Source: a virus
Direction: 5' to 3' (one strand)
Length of the DNA stretch: 64,000 nucleotides
Virus record (IMG/VR): IMGVR_UViG_3300026488_000011
Span: 96,001-160,000 of that record
Shown here: positions 39,588 to 50,400 of the stretch, piece by piece
Position numbering within the stretch: the first letter of the stretch is position 1
Layout of the letters: every line of letters begins with the position of its first letter
The notes under the pieces: model-generated
What the model saw: the letters and a program-made list of their open reading frames with translations, nothing else
What the model was told of the DNA's origin: nothing
Database searches by the model: none
Made by a program: the position numbers and the translations under genes

Positions 39588-41990
39588 TTATTGACATCCA
39601 GCGCATTCTATACTTCTATCCATTACTTCATCTTGCTCCGGCGATTTACTTCTTAGGTAGTAGAAACTTTTAATACCTAACTTCCATCCAGTAGTGTAAA
39701 TATCATTTAGGTATCTACCGCTTGCTTTTTCTGGGTCGATATAAATGTTTAGACTCTGTGCCTGATCTAACCATTTTTGTCTCACCGCTGCTGCTTTAAC
39801 TGGTAGGAGTTGGTTTATCTCATACGCTCCTACGTAGTACATATACGTATCGACGCTCAATTCAGGAACCACCACCGGTATTAAACCAGACGCATTTTCT
39901 TCAAACCACTTTTTCTTATATACTGGTTCAATTGTAGGAGTAGTCCCTGTTAGTATAGAAATGGAACTCGTAGGCGCTATTGCCATTAAATACCCGTTTC
40001 TTATACCTCCCTTTACTTTTTCTTTTAAACTATCCCAGTCTCTTCCATATGTTCTATCTGTAAGTTTTTTAGCCTCAGGATGTTGATGGTCTACAACCGT
40101 AATACCTTTACTCCATTCGCTTCCTTCAAACTCTGGATAGCTACCTTTTTCTCTAGCAAGATCTGCAGATGCATTAATTGCTTCATAGGCTATATTTTCA
40201 TAGATTTCATCTATTAGTTCTAAATGTTCTTTACTTCCATACATAATTTGTTTTTTAGCTAACATATGTGCTTCACCCATAGCACCTAGACCTATCGCTC
40301 TAGTCTTTAGATTTGTATCTCTTGTAGATTTTGTTACGTATAAGTTTAAATCGATAACGTTATCTAACATTCTTACAGCTATAGGTACTATCTTAGTGAT
40401 TTCTTCTTTGTCATTTACCTTACTTAAGTTAAGACTAGCTAAGTTACATACTAGCGTTCTTCTCTCTTTAGTTTTCTCTCTAGTAGTAAAAGTAATTTTC
40501 TTATTAGGTTTAGTAGCTAATTTATCTTGTGTTGTTAATCTTTTAGCTTTCTTAGTAAACGTCCTGTTGCCTGATATTACCTCTACATCTTCTTCTTGAT
40601 CTAAGAAGATTGTTTCTCCGTCTTCAAATATTACTTTAATCTTCCACTCAGCAGGAGCTGTTACCTGACTAATCTCTGTGCATAGGTTAGAACTATTGAT
40701 CGTACCTGCATGTGCATTTTGATTTCTTCTATTATGTTCGTCCTTAAAACATATGAACGGATTTCCAGTCTCGTAATATTCTAATAGGATTTTCTTCCAC
40801 AGTTCTTTAGCGCTGATTTTTTCTTTTCTAATTGTTGGATCATTTTCATATTTCTCATATAGTTTCTTAAATTCTTCTCCATACGTAAAATGTAAATCTC
40901 TTACATCTTTAGGATCAAATAGTGTCCAATCTTCGTCGTTTTGCGCTCTCTCCATAAACAAATCTGGAATCCATAGCGCCGGGAATAAGTCGTGAGCTCT
41001 TCTTCTTTCTTCTCCAGAGTTTTTCTTTAAGTCTAAGAAATCTAAAATATCCATATGCCATGGTTCTAGGTAAGGTGCAATTGCTCCGCGCCTACTACCT
41101 AACTGATCTACCGATATAGCAATATCATTTGTAATCTTCATCCATGGTATTAATCCTCCCGATGCTCCTTTAACAGTGTCTATGATAGAACCAGTAGATC
41201 TAGGTAGAGTCCAGTCCCATCCAATACCGCCTCCGTATTTACTTAGTAATGCCATTTCCTTATATACGTCGAATATATCTTCTATATTATCTTCAGTCAC
41301 TCCTGCAAAGCAAGATGATAATTGATGTCTATTCTTTCTAGCATTACTTAGTGTAGGCGTAGCTACCATTACCTTAAAAGTACTGATTACATCATAAAAC
41401 TGCTTAGCCCAATATGTCGGATCTTTTTCTTCACTAGCTAGCCACATTGCTATTGCCATAAACATGTGTTGCGGTAATTCGAAAAGATTACCTTTCTCAT
41501 CTTTAGATAAATATCTATCATAAGCCATCTTAATACCAAGATAAGTAAACTGTAAATCTCTGTCGGGTTTAATATAGTTACTTAATTCATCCAGATCAAA
41601 TTTAGATTCGTCTAATAACTTAGGATGTATTACATCATGATCTACACCATATTCTAAATACGTTCGTAAGCTATGACTATAAGGTTTGCCTTTTATACCG
41701 CCTAACAGTTTACCTACCTTATGATACATATCGTTTAGAAATAGTCTAGCCGCTACAAACGACCAATCAGGTCTATCAATATCTATTTTATCTACAGCAG
41801 TTTTTATTAACGTAGATTGTATTTCTTCTGTAGTCATTTTGTCTCTGAATTGTAATTTAGCATCTAACTCTAGTTCGCTAAAATCTACATTATTTAATCC
41901 TTCCGTAGCGCTTAAAGTCTGTTTTCTTATCTTTTTAATATCTAAATCTTCTAGTTTACCATCTCTCTTTATAACCTTAATGCCTTTCAC
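39588..41990 (-). CDS. nrdA: Ribonucleotide reductase class Ia alpha subunit with ATP cone
   Basis: VIKRDG ATP cone, ATPTLSNAR, LSSCF, SNLCTEI, CNLASLN, AIAPTSS, YYLRS, C-terminal ECAGCQ; GTG start at 41990 behind AAGGAG. Confidence 0.95.
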   Translation of the reverse strand: MKGIKVIKRDGKLEDLDIKKIRKQTLSATEGLNNVDFSELELDAKLQFRDKMTTEEIQSTLIKTAVDKIDIDRPDWSFVAARLFLNDMYHKVGKLLGGIKGKPYSHSLRTYLEYGVDHDVIHPKLLDESKFDLDELSNYIKPDRDLQFTYLGIKMAYDRYLSKDEKGNLFELPQHMFMAIAMWLASEEKDPTYWAKQFYDVISTFKVMVATPTLSNARKNRHQLSSCFAGVTEDNIEDIFDVYKEMALLSKYGGGIGWDWTLPRSTGSIIDTVKGASGGLIPWMKITNDIAISVDQLGSRRGAIAPYLEPWHMDILDFLDLKKNSGEERRRAHDLFPALWIPDLFMERAQNDEDWTLFDPKDVRDLHFTYGEEFKKLYEKYENDPTIRKEKISAKELWKKILLEYYETGNPFICFKDEHNRRNQNAHAGTINSSNLCTEISQVTAPAEWKIKVIFEDGETIFLDQEEDVEVISGNRTFTKKAKRLTTQDKLATKPNKKITFTTREKTKERRTLVCNLASLNLSKVNDKEEITKIVPIAVRMLDNVIDLNLYVTKSTRDTNLKTRAIGLGAMGEAHMLAKKQIMYGSKEHLELIDEIYENIAYEAINASADLAREKGSYPEFEGSEWSKGITVVDHQHPEAKKLTDRTYGRDWDSLKEKVKGGIRNGYLMAIAPTSSISILTGTTPTIEPVYKKKWFEENASGLIPVVVPELSVDTYMYYVGAYEINQLLPVKAAAVRQKWLDQAQSLNIYIDPEKASGRYLNDIYTTGWKLGIKSFYYLRSKSPEQDEVMDRSIECAGCQ

Positions 41991-42076
41991 ATTCGCTCCT
42001 TTATTAGTTTTATCTAGTCCTCTCTTTTGAGTCAACAGAAGACAGAATAAAATTTTCTAAGAAAGGATACAGGAAA

Positions 42077-42754
42077 ATGAATAAAGCTCTACGTGATTTA
42101 ATGATATTTGCAGATAAAACTTCTTGTTATAAGGTTAAGGTAATGAAAGAGCTTATGAAACGAATTAATCCACGAGAATACGGGTTTACTGGAAATGAGA
42201 TACTGACCACTATTAATGGTGATGAAACAGTTCTAACGTACCAGGATAAGATATTGGATTGCGATAGTTTAATAAAGCTTAACTTGGAAATAAAATTCTT
42301 TCTGAGAAATGATAAGAAGACAGACATAGAGATTAATCTAACAATGTGTGAAGTAGGAAATCTTATTGAGGCAAAATTATATAAGGACGACAGGACTGTG
42401 AAATTAGTAGAAGAGTTCCTTGATATAGTATTAGAGAGGTTAGAAGATCATTTTGGTAGAATAGAGACTAAAACTATTAGAGATATTAAAAAACAGTGTT
42501 GTTGTGTGATCATTACACAAGGAATCACTATTTCAGATACATACCATCATGCATTTTTTAGATTCCAGGAAGATGTTTTGAAAGCATTAAAAGAAGGTAA
42601 CACAAATGAGGTCGATATTACATTACTACACCTCAAAAAGATAATTTTTGACAGATTACGCATGGATAGCGACGTAATCGGTGGAGAAAAACAATTGATA
42701 CGAAAATTAGCGAAATTAAAGAAAGAAATAACAGAGACAGATAGAGAGAATTAA
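42077..42754 (+). CDS. Hypothetical protein (225 aa)
   Basis: ORF with AGGA RBS. Confidence 0.6.
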   Translation: MNKALRDLMIFADKTSCYKVKVMKELMKRINPREYGFTGNEILTTINGDETVLTYQDKILDCDSLIKLNLEIKFFLRNDKKTDIEINLTMCEVGNLIEAKLYKDDRTVKLVEEFLDIVLERLEDHFGRIETKTIRDIKKQCCCVIITQGITISDTYHHAFFRFQEDVLKALKEGNTNEVDITLLHLKKIIFDRLRMDSDVIGGEKQLIRKLAKLKKEITETDREN

Positions 42755-43071
42755 TTCTCTCTATCCGGGTTTTCATCTTTCCACAATTTTTTAAAATAAT
42801 TTACCAAACTTAAAAAATTATTCCAATCGTATTCAGTACACTTCTGTCTATAAGATCTCTTGTAATTATTATGGAAATTCATGTGGCAATTCGAACACAC
42901 TGTGACTCCATTATCAATATCAAATCTCTTGTCTTTAAAATAAGTGGCATGATCTTTATGGTGTGCGTGTAGATGTTCCCTAGATCCACATACCTGACAT
43001 TTACCATCTCTGGCAATTACGGCATCATGCCATTGTTGATACTCTCTACTATTTCTCCAATTTTTCTTCAT
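42751..43071 (-). CDS. Small free-standing HNH endonuclease
   Basis: RDGKCQVCG...HAHH...NGVTVCSNCHMNFH. Confidence 0.85.
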   Translation of the reverse strand: MKKNWRNSREYQQWHDAVIARDGKCQVCGSREHLHAHHKDHATYFKDKRFDIDNGVTVCSNCHMNFHNNYKRSYRQKCTEYDWNNFLSLVNYFKKLWKDENPDREN

Positions 43072-43125
43072 TATTTCGTCCTTTAGATTTAATCAGGTTA
43101 AAGAAAAAAAAAAGAGGAGGAAGAA

Positions 43126-43998
43126 TCAGAGTTGTTTAAGATAATTGATAAGATCGTCTTCTGTTTCAAATACAGCGAAGAATTTACCATTGTGTATAAA
43201 AACCTTACCAGGTACATCTAGATTTTCTAGTGCTCTGTTTCTTCTATCGAAACTATCTGGTTTTACTGGCACGACTTGTGCTTTCCATTTTTGTTTATTT
43301 TCGTCATACCAGTAAACGATGTCTACGTCAGAAAATTCTTGGATAACCGGCAATACATATTGCCAGTTAGGAATAAATCCATTTTCAAATTTAAGTACTT
43401 TCCAACCATCTTTGGTGAGTTCTTCCACTATTTTAACTTCACTCGTTAACCTCCTCTTAGCCTCCTCTAATCTCTCTGCTTTTCTTTTTAATCCTTTTAG
43501 CATTTTGTAGAGAAACCTTAGTGCTTCGTTAAAAGCGGTATGTTGTTGTTTCCCATATGGATTATCTGTATTAAAGTTAGCAACTATCCACGGAAGCTCA
43601 CCAGGTTGAGCTTTTCTGATACCAATGTCATGCAAGTCAGATATTTCGGTAATTTTGTTTAATTCCCCCATTATAGATTCAGGGATTAGGTTATTTTCTC
43701 TTAACCAGTCATAAACTAATCCACTAGATGCTTTTCTAAATTCTTTAGGATCGAACTGATGGTGATCGAATAGTTTTTTATCTTCATCTAGTTCTCTACC
43801 TACATCTATCACAAACACTACATCATAAAACTTTGTGAAACTTTCTACTAACTCGCTTCCCGTATGATTATTGTGATTGACTCTGATGACGTCTACATAA
43901 TCAGCATCTTTCGCATAGAAACATTTTATTAATGCTGTTGCTAGAATTTCATCACAGTGAAATGTTCCCTCGTGTGTAATTATTGCTATTCTTGCCAT
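43126..43998 (-). CDS. MYG1/UPF0160-family metal-dependent hydrolase (exonuclease)
   Basis: ITHEGTFHCDE, IDVG, FDHHQ, F.H...F motifs. Confidence 0.82.
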   Translation of the reverse strand: MARIAIITHEGTFHCDEILATALIKCFYAKDADYVDVIRVNHNNHTGSELVESFTKFYDVVFVIDVGRELDEDKKLFDHHQFDPKEFRKASSGLVYDWLRENNLIPESIMGELNKITEISDLHDIGIRKAQPGELPWIVANFNTDNPYGKQQHTAFNEALRFLYKMLKGLKRKAERLEEAKRRLTSEVKIVEELTKDGWKVLKFENGFIPNWQYVLPVIQEFSDVDIVYWYDENKQKWKAQVVPVKPDSFDRRNRALENLDVPGKVFIHNGKFFAVFETEDDLINYLKQL

Positions 43999-44070
43999 AA
44001 TTTCTCCTTTATTTAATTTTGTATTTCTACATAAGTTATATATAAATGAAAAAAGGTAGAAACTAGGAGA

Positions 44071-44325
44071 CTATCTCTTGTCTCCTAGTTCTTCTAATAA
44101 CTTTTTATTAAAATTTATAGCATTCACTACATCGTTTAATCTCTCTGTGAGCTCAGTCTTCTTTTCAGGATCTACATTGTTAGAAAAGATAATATCACAT
44201 AACTTTTTCCTCAAATCTTCACCGTCTTTTATTTTCTGCTTTATAGCATCTTCATATATCATTCCTGCGTATTTACTTCCCTTATATCCGTAAAGATACT
44301 CTGACTTCTTAAATTCTTTTTTCAT
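44071..44325 (-). CDS. Hypothetical protein (84 aa)
   Basis: ORF. Confidence 0.55.
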   Translation of the reverse strand: MKKEFKKSEYLYGYKGSKYAGMIYEDAIKQKIKDGEDLRKKLCDIIFSNNVDPEKKTELTERLNDVVNAINFNKKLLEELGDKR

Positions 44326-44329
44326 AACG

Positions 44330-44617
44330 CTACCTTATTTTAGAGATTATTAAATGGACTATCCATACAGGTACTGATAAGAAACACAAAACCAAACATA
44401 TAAAAAAAGTTATAATCGTACCGATAACTGATAATAATCCACCTACTACTACGAAACATATTACTATTAGACCCGCAATTAGGGAAGCCGTTAGATCCTT
44501 AAGCGTTTGAGGAGGTCTTCCTTCTAGTAATGTATATACTAATAAAGACAATCCTAGGTAAAGCCATAACAAAATATACCAGTATGTAGTTATTAAATTA
44601 ACAACTTGTTCCATCAT
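44330..44617 (-). CDS. Small membrane protein (95 aa)
   Basis: Two to three hydrophobic helices. Confidence 0.5.
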   Translation of the reverse strand: MMEQVVNLITTYWYILLWLYLGLSLLVYTLLEGRPPQTLKDLTASLIAGLIVICFVVVGGLLSVIGTIITFFICLVLCFLSVPVWIVHLIISKIR

Positions 44618-45749
44618 TTTCCTTTCTTCTGTAATCGTTTATTAGGTTTCTCATCTCTTTAGCTACCAACTTAGTTTCTTTTTGTGTCCACGTTTTATAT
44701 AGATTATCGTAGGCTTCTCTTTCTAGTAAGAAATGTCCCCATTGATATGGATTGTCTAAATATCCACCTATAATGAAGGTTTTGAATTTCATGTGTTCTG
44801 GCCATCTGTTGTATATTTCTTTCTTATAACCAAGGTCTTTAAAAAGTTGTTTGATTCTCAATGGGCTATATTTGAGCAATTCAGTTACTAAAGATTTTGT
44901 AGTCTCTACGTAAAGCTCATTTAGTAATTTCTTATTTTCTATAACATCAATGTCGTTTCTATCTAAAATTGCTGTAGCGTTTTTATTATATTCGTCTAAT
45001 AGATTCTTTACAGATTCTAGGTCTTTTAATAAATCTGGTTTTCCAGAATATTCTGTGTTTAATCTAGATAGAAAGTCATCAGGTATCCAATACTTATCCT
45101 CTGTTACTTTTCTCTCGCTTACTGCTACCTGAGTCAGTGCTCCGTGTGTCCTCATCTGCGCAAACACAAAATACGGTACTTCAGCTTCAATTATAAAATA
45201 TGTGGGTACCGACGGGTTATATGGAATGTCTTCTAATTCAAACTCTGCGTTCAGCAGCGTCCTCAGGTTAGTTAATAATAAGTAAGATCTCTTACCTAAT
45301 AATTTTTCTAATAACGATATTTCAGAAGTTAAATCATACATGTAAGACCACTTACCTAAGACATTATTAAAATCATCCGGTTTCATAATGATTGTACTTT
45401 CCTTTAGTCTTATGAAATAGTCCCCTTTTCTAATGTCTACTCTTAGAATCACGGGACAATATTCTAGACTCCTGCCTGCTACTTTTGGTAATTTAGCTTC
45501 TTTATCTTTCAGAGATAAGTCTTCTAGTTTGTAATAACTAATGTTTGGAGCAGCTTCTCTGGATAGCATTTCAAATAACTTTTTAGGATTTTTAGATTTC
45601 TCTAATCCTCTAGATATAGTAGCAATATTAGCTACCGTGTTTATTCTATTTTCTTCATTGGCATTGATGTTTTTATACTTACATCCAATTCTATCCTCTA
45701 CTGTTTTTACATAGCCTCCCGTTATCCATAAATTAGTTTTCATATCCAT
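44598..45749 (-). CDS. Divergent ThyX-like (flavin-dependent thymidylate synthase) protein
   Basis: VPYFVFAQMRTHGALTQVAVSER has the spacing of the ThyX RHRx7SxR signature, with substitutions; located near nrdAB. Confidence 0.5.
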   Translation of the reverse strand: MDMKTNLWITGGYVKTVEDRIGCKYKNINANEENRINTVANIATISRGLEKSKNPKKLFEMLSREAAPNISYYKLEDLSLKDKEAKLPKVAGRSLEYCPVILRVDIRKGDYFIRLKESTIIMKPDDFNNVLGKWSYMYDLTSEISLLEKLLGKRSYLLLTNLRTLLNAEFELEDIPYNPSVPTYFIIEAEVPYFVFAQMRTHGALTQVAVSERKVTEDKYWIPDDFLSRLNTEYSGKPDLLKDLESVKNLLDEYNKNATAILDRNDIDVIENKKLLNELYVETTKSLVTELLKYSPLRIKQLFKDLGYKKEIYNRWPEHMKFKTFIIGGYLDNPYQWGHFLLEREAYDNLYKTWTQKETKLVAKEMRNLINDYRRKENDGTSC

Positions 45750-45819
45750 TTTCTCTCCTTCAAATTTGTTCTCTACTGAATAAAGCAGGGATAAAAAATT
45801 ATCAGTACTAGGAATATTC

Positions 45820-46227
45820 CTAGTACTGAGAAATAATTTCTTTTATTTTTTCCATAGCGGCTTGTAGTCCAGTAGCGATATCTTTTAGTTTCACATTTCT
45901 GAATACGTTGTCTGCATCTTTCCAAGGAATAGTCTGTTCATATATTAGAGTATAGGCATCTTTAACGTTCATTCCGCTAGCTAATGCTTCATTAAACTTA
46001 GCACTAGCTATAGCTAGTACTGAAGACATATAGTTAATGCTGCCTTCATCAGCTTGGAACTTGTATCCTCCTACTTCTACAATAGCAGTAATCTTGTGAA
46101 ATTCTTTTTTCGCTTTACGACCTTTAAGAGGAATAGGTTCTAGTATGCTTTCAACTTCAGCACCATTATTATCCAGTTTTAGTTTATATCTAAAACCTTT
46201 GATTTCTTTTTTTGTAAAATACCCCAT
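45820..46227 (-). CDS. DUF4376-like tail fibre assembly protein
   Basis: FQADEGSINYM...WKDADN motif. Confidence 0.6.
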   Translation of the reverse strand: MGYFTKKEIKGFRYKLKLDNNGAEVESILEPIPLKGRKAKKEFHKITAIVEVGGYKFQADEGSINYMSSVLAIASAKFNEALASGMNVKDAYTLIYEQTIPWKDADNVFRNVKLKDIATGLQAAMEKIKEIISQY

Positions 46228-46299
46228 TCATTATCCTTTATGACTATGTTGATTATTTAGCAATAATCATTTAATTTTAAAAAGAACATAGTAGGAAAA

Positions 46300-46653
46300 T
46301 TAAACTCCTACTATGTTGGCTATTTCTCCTAATGCTGCTTCTAGGGCTTTGGCTATTTGAGACACCGTTACTTCTCTGATTACATTATCAGCACATTTCC
46401 ACTTTAAGCTATAATTTAAGTATTTATCTGCATTATCAGGATCCATTAGTGCTTTGTATTGTGCTAGTGATACTACGCTTGTCATATAGTTAATACTTTC
46501 AGCGTTAGCATCAAAAGGTATATTATCTACAGTAACAATTAACTTTTCTTTAGCTTCTTTTTTAAGAGCCTTAGGTCCTTCTACTGGATCAGGTTTCCAT
46601 TTGTAATTTTTTGTTATTAGTAGACCTCTTCTCTTTATCTTCTTTTCTAACAT
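46300..46653 (-). CDS. DUF4376-like tail fibre assembly protein (paralog)
   Basis: FDANAESINYM...WKCADN motif. Confidence 0.6.
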   Translation of the reverse strand: MLEKKIKRRGLLITKNYKWKPDPVEGPKALKKEAKEKLIVTVDNIPFDANAESINYMTSVVSLAQYKALMDPDNADKYLNYSLKWKCADNVIREVTVSQIAKALEAALGEIANIVGV

Positions 46654-46662
46654 TCATACTCC

Positions 46663-47448
46663 TTATTTTATATATTTAGAGAAAACCTCTTTTAACGTCT
46701 CAGGTGTGGTGTCTGTTCCTAGATTTCTAGCTTCTTTAACGGCATTAATAGCATCCATAGGGTTTCTAGTAAACAGTCTATTCACACCCACTCTGAAAAC
46801 ATCTATGAGTACATAGAACTGTCTTAATTTTTCTTGCCAATTCTCACCCAAATAAATTATGAGGGCTATTAGATCGTCTCTAGACATTCCTTCTATAGCT
46901 GCAGCTGCTTCCATAGTTTCTAACGCTAGTTCATTTCCTTCTTTTGCGGCTTTAGCGGTCTCGTATTTAGCCAGGTATCTCTCTATCTGTTCTTGCGTTA
47001 AATCTTCTTTATCTGCTAATATCTCTCTAGCTCTTCGATGTGTATAATCTGCTAAGTTTTGTACTAATTCTAGAAAATATGGTCTTATAAAATTCATGAA
47101 CTCCGGATTGGATAACTGTGCTTTTTCCAGCTGTCTTTCTACTTCTTCATTAAGGAATAATTCAAGACTAGGTCTTACCATACCTTTCTCTACTAATTCT
47201 TTATATTCTGGTTTTAGGACTATATTTCCTTCATCATCCTGTTCGTAGTGATCTCCAGGAAATACTGGTTCACCATTCTCGATCCCTATGTATTCTACAT
47301 AGTTTTCCGGGTACTTTTCTTTATACTTCATTATTGCATCTTCTACTCTAAAGTTAGTAGAGGCAAAAGCCTCTCTAGCTGTGTTTAGAAATTGATCTAT
47401 GTTTCTATTTTTAACAAGTTCTTTTAATTCAGTAACAGTTCTTAACAT
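46663..47448 (-). CDS. Putative tail fibre assembly/chaperone protein (261 aa)
   Basis: Directly downstream of a tail fibre; YLAKYETAKA...EGMSRDDLIALII resembles phage tail-assembly families (recalled). Confidence 0.45.
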   Translation of the reverse strand: MLRTVTELKELVKNRNIDQFLNTAREAFASTNFRVEDAIMKYKEKYPENYVEYIGIENGEPVFPGDHYEQDDEGNIVLKPEYKELVEKGMVRPSLELFLNEEVERQLEKAQLSNPEFMNFIRPYFLELVQNLADYTHRRAREILADKEDLTQEQIERYLAKYETAKAAKEGNELALETMEAAAAIEGMSRDDLIALIIYLGENWQEKLRQFYVLIDVFRVGVNRLFTRNPMDAINAVKEARNLGTDTTPETLKEVFSKYIK

Positions 47449-47449
47449 T

Positions 47450-50400
47450 TTAAACTCCTGATTTATTTTTAAAATATGGTAGCTTTATTCTTTTAATACC
47501 ATATATAACTTCATCGTTGTTATTATTGTAATCCTTATAGATGTAACTCCCATCATAACGTAAACGATTAATGTCTGGTGTAATATTTTCGTTCAATTGT
47601 TCTCTAAAGAGGTAAGATTGATACAATGTCTCATACCTAAGATCTATGTACGGCAGAAACTTAACGGCGTGTCTAGGTCTACCATATGAATCATCAAATT
47701 CATGGTGTTCTAGCCAATAGCCAGGCCATCTATTTATCACCTCTACACTCGTCTGATTTCTTTTAATACTAGCACCGAGCCCATATTTTCCACCGTCTAA
47801 TTTAGCATCAACAAGAATTCTGGCTAACGCGCCGAAATGATGATTGTATACGGTACTAGATGAATAAACAACATCGTTTACTCTCTTAATCTCACCCTCT
47901 TGTAGAACAGTTAATGGATCGGCAGTACGACTATAAATTACTACTATCTGTCCTTTCGCTATTAACTCTCTAATATCATCTATTTCTCTACTCACGTTCT
48001 TAATATAAACTACTGATGAATATGAATGACTAAACCATATATGTTCGTCGTCATCACTTTTTAGTGCCTCAATTATTCTGCCATCTGGTAATCTTAATAA
48101 TATTTGGTGTATACTGTCATAGCCGTAAACAACATGATAAGGCATTTCAAACACTAATTCATCCGAGCTAGTATAAGTTATTAATTTTCTTAGACTATAT
48201 GCCTCCGTGTTAGCTTTTAATTCGTTCTCTGCTAAATAGATTTCTTCGCCATTATCATTTACTCTATACCAACGCGACGCATTACTATAATCTTCTTTCT
48301 CAGGATCTAAATCGATGGTAATATCATCAACTATACTCATGTAGTATTCATCACCTACTTTAACCAAATCATTGATTTTTATAGTTACAGTGTTACTAAC
48401 ACCACTGATTGCTTCATAATCATACGTCTCCTTAAAGCTTGTTAAATTACCTAATAATAGAGCAGTAGTAACTCTTTTATTATAGCCAGTAGCATCTGTA
48501 TAATTTGGAATAGGGATCCTTACATGGTAAGCATTTTCAGGAGCCGGTTCTTTTAATATTAGTTCACTTACTGTACCCCTTGCCATGTTAGCGCATTGTA
48601 ATTTAGTAAAGCCTAGATAGTTTCCATTTATATCGTAAAAATAGACGGGCTTATTAATATTACTTCCAAACACCGGAAACATATCGTTTATTCTATCATT
48701 TTCAAGTCTGACAGATCTTGTTCCCAGTTTAACTTTTCTACGACTACTATCTAAATCTACTTTTACCTTAATGTAATCAGAAGGTGTTTCATATCCATTT
48801 ATATTACCATCAGCATGTAGTCTTAATGTTTTAGTCATTATTTCTTCTAGAGTCCTATTTCTACCATCACGTCTTAAGTCCACTATATCTATTTCACCAG
48901 CACCATCTAACGGCATATTATCTGGTCTTAAAATTGTAGATTTTGTTTCACCAGTCCTGTACCAACCTGTCTTATCGTCTAAACCTAAATAATTTGTTTC
49001 TGATATAGATTCTCCAGTATCAGGTTTATAATAAGCAACATGATCGGAATTAAAGCAATCTGCTAATCTTTTTATCTTATCGAAGTAACCAGATAATGAT
49101 AACGCCTTACCGTTTTCTATATAAGACGCAGTACCGTTAGGATTATGAACAGGATGGTATATACCATTGTTTCTTCTCTGTATTAGAAATAAAGGAACAG
49201 CATGCGTGTCATTATGTCTAGATTTAAAACTACCTGGGTAAAATGATGAAAGATAAACCCCTGTTGATGGGAAGAACGAATCACCTGTCCATTTTGTAAT
49301 ATCGTTATCTATATGAGATTTTTCGCCTTTTGGCTTAACATGGTAATATTTATCTGCAAATACAGATAACGGTCCATTATACGCACTTCCTTCTACTAAT
49401 GCATCTACTTTCTTAAAGAAGTTACTAACGCCTTTGATTACTCTTATTCTGTATCTAACTTGTTTTAATATACCGTTCTCATCTTTGAAGATATTATTTT
49501 CTGGATCGCTAATGAATTTGTTTTTTTCTTCATTTGTTAAATAGCTCCATCTATAGCCATATCCTATTAACTCTCCAGAATTTTGCCAATTTCCAAATAA
49601 CGAATATTCTTCATATCCTTCAAACCAGTTAGGTTGTACTAGCTTACCGTTATCAAGGATATCTTTACCATACCATTGTACATTTCCTAAACGATATACT
49701 ACATCTTTTTTATCTATGTCTTCGGTCCATACTTCGAGGAAGACTAAATCTTTTCTAGCATTACCATACATGCTTCTTATTAATGCAGTAGGTCCTCTGG
49801 ATGGGTCACACATATCAGAATTTACTGATAAGTCATCACCATTGTTTACTACCAGAACATCCTCCAATACTGTTAACCTAGGATTAGTGAATTTTACATC
49901 TCCTAATGGTTTTTCTGAACTTAATGTATGGACTTGGAATTGTATTATTTCCACATAATTAGTAGCTACGAATTCTACTATCAATTTACCATTTGGACCT
50001 TCTGTAGCTTTTGGTCTAGTATAATACTCTCCGTTCCTACCACTACTACCTAACCAGACGTATGCCTCATAATTATCAGAATCCATAAAATCTACATCTA
50101 TTTCTACTCTGTATTTAACTCCAGGCATAATACTAACTTTTTGATAAAACCCATGATACATATCCGCATCTTTGACTATTATTGATCCATCGGTTACTTC
50201 TAAAGTGGTACCGGTATATGGTATCCAATTTGTACCTAATTCTTCTTCAAAAGCAGGGTCTTTGAATAAGTTAACACCGTCAGCTTTTACCAGCACTACA
50301 TCTCCGTGGTTAATATCTGCTTCTATGTTTCTGAGGTCTGATATTATCTTATCCACACTAACCGCATCAGGAAGTTTTATTCCGAATGTGTTTCCATTCC

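Noticed and set aside
40480-40660. Insertion in NrdA as a possible mini-intein
   Set aside because: No N-terminal Cys/Ser with C-terminal His-Asn; it resembles a lineage-specific NrdA insertion.
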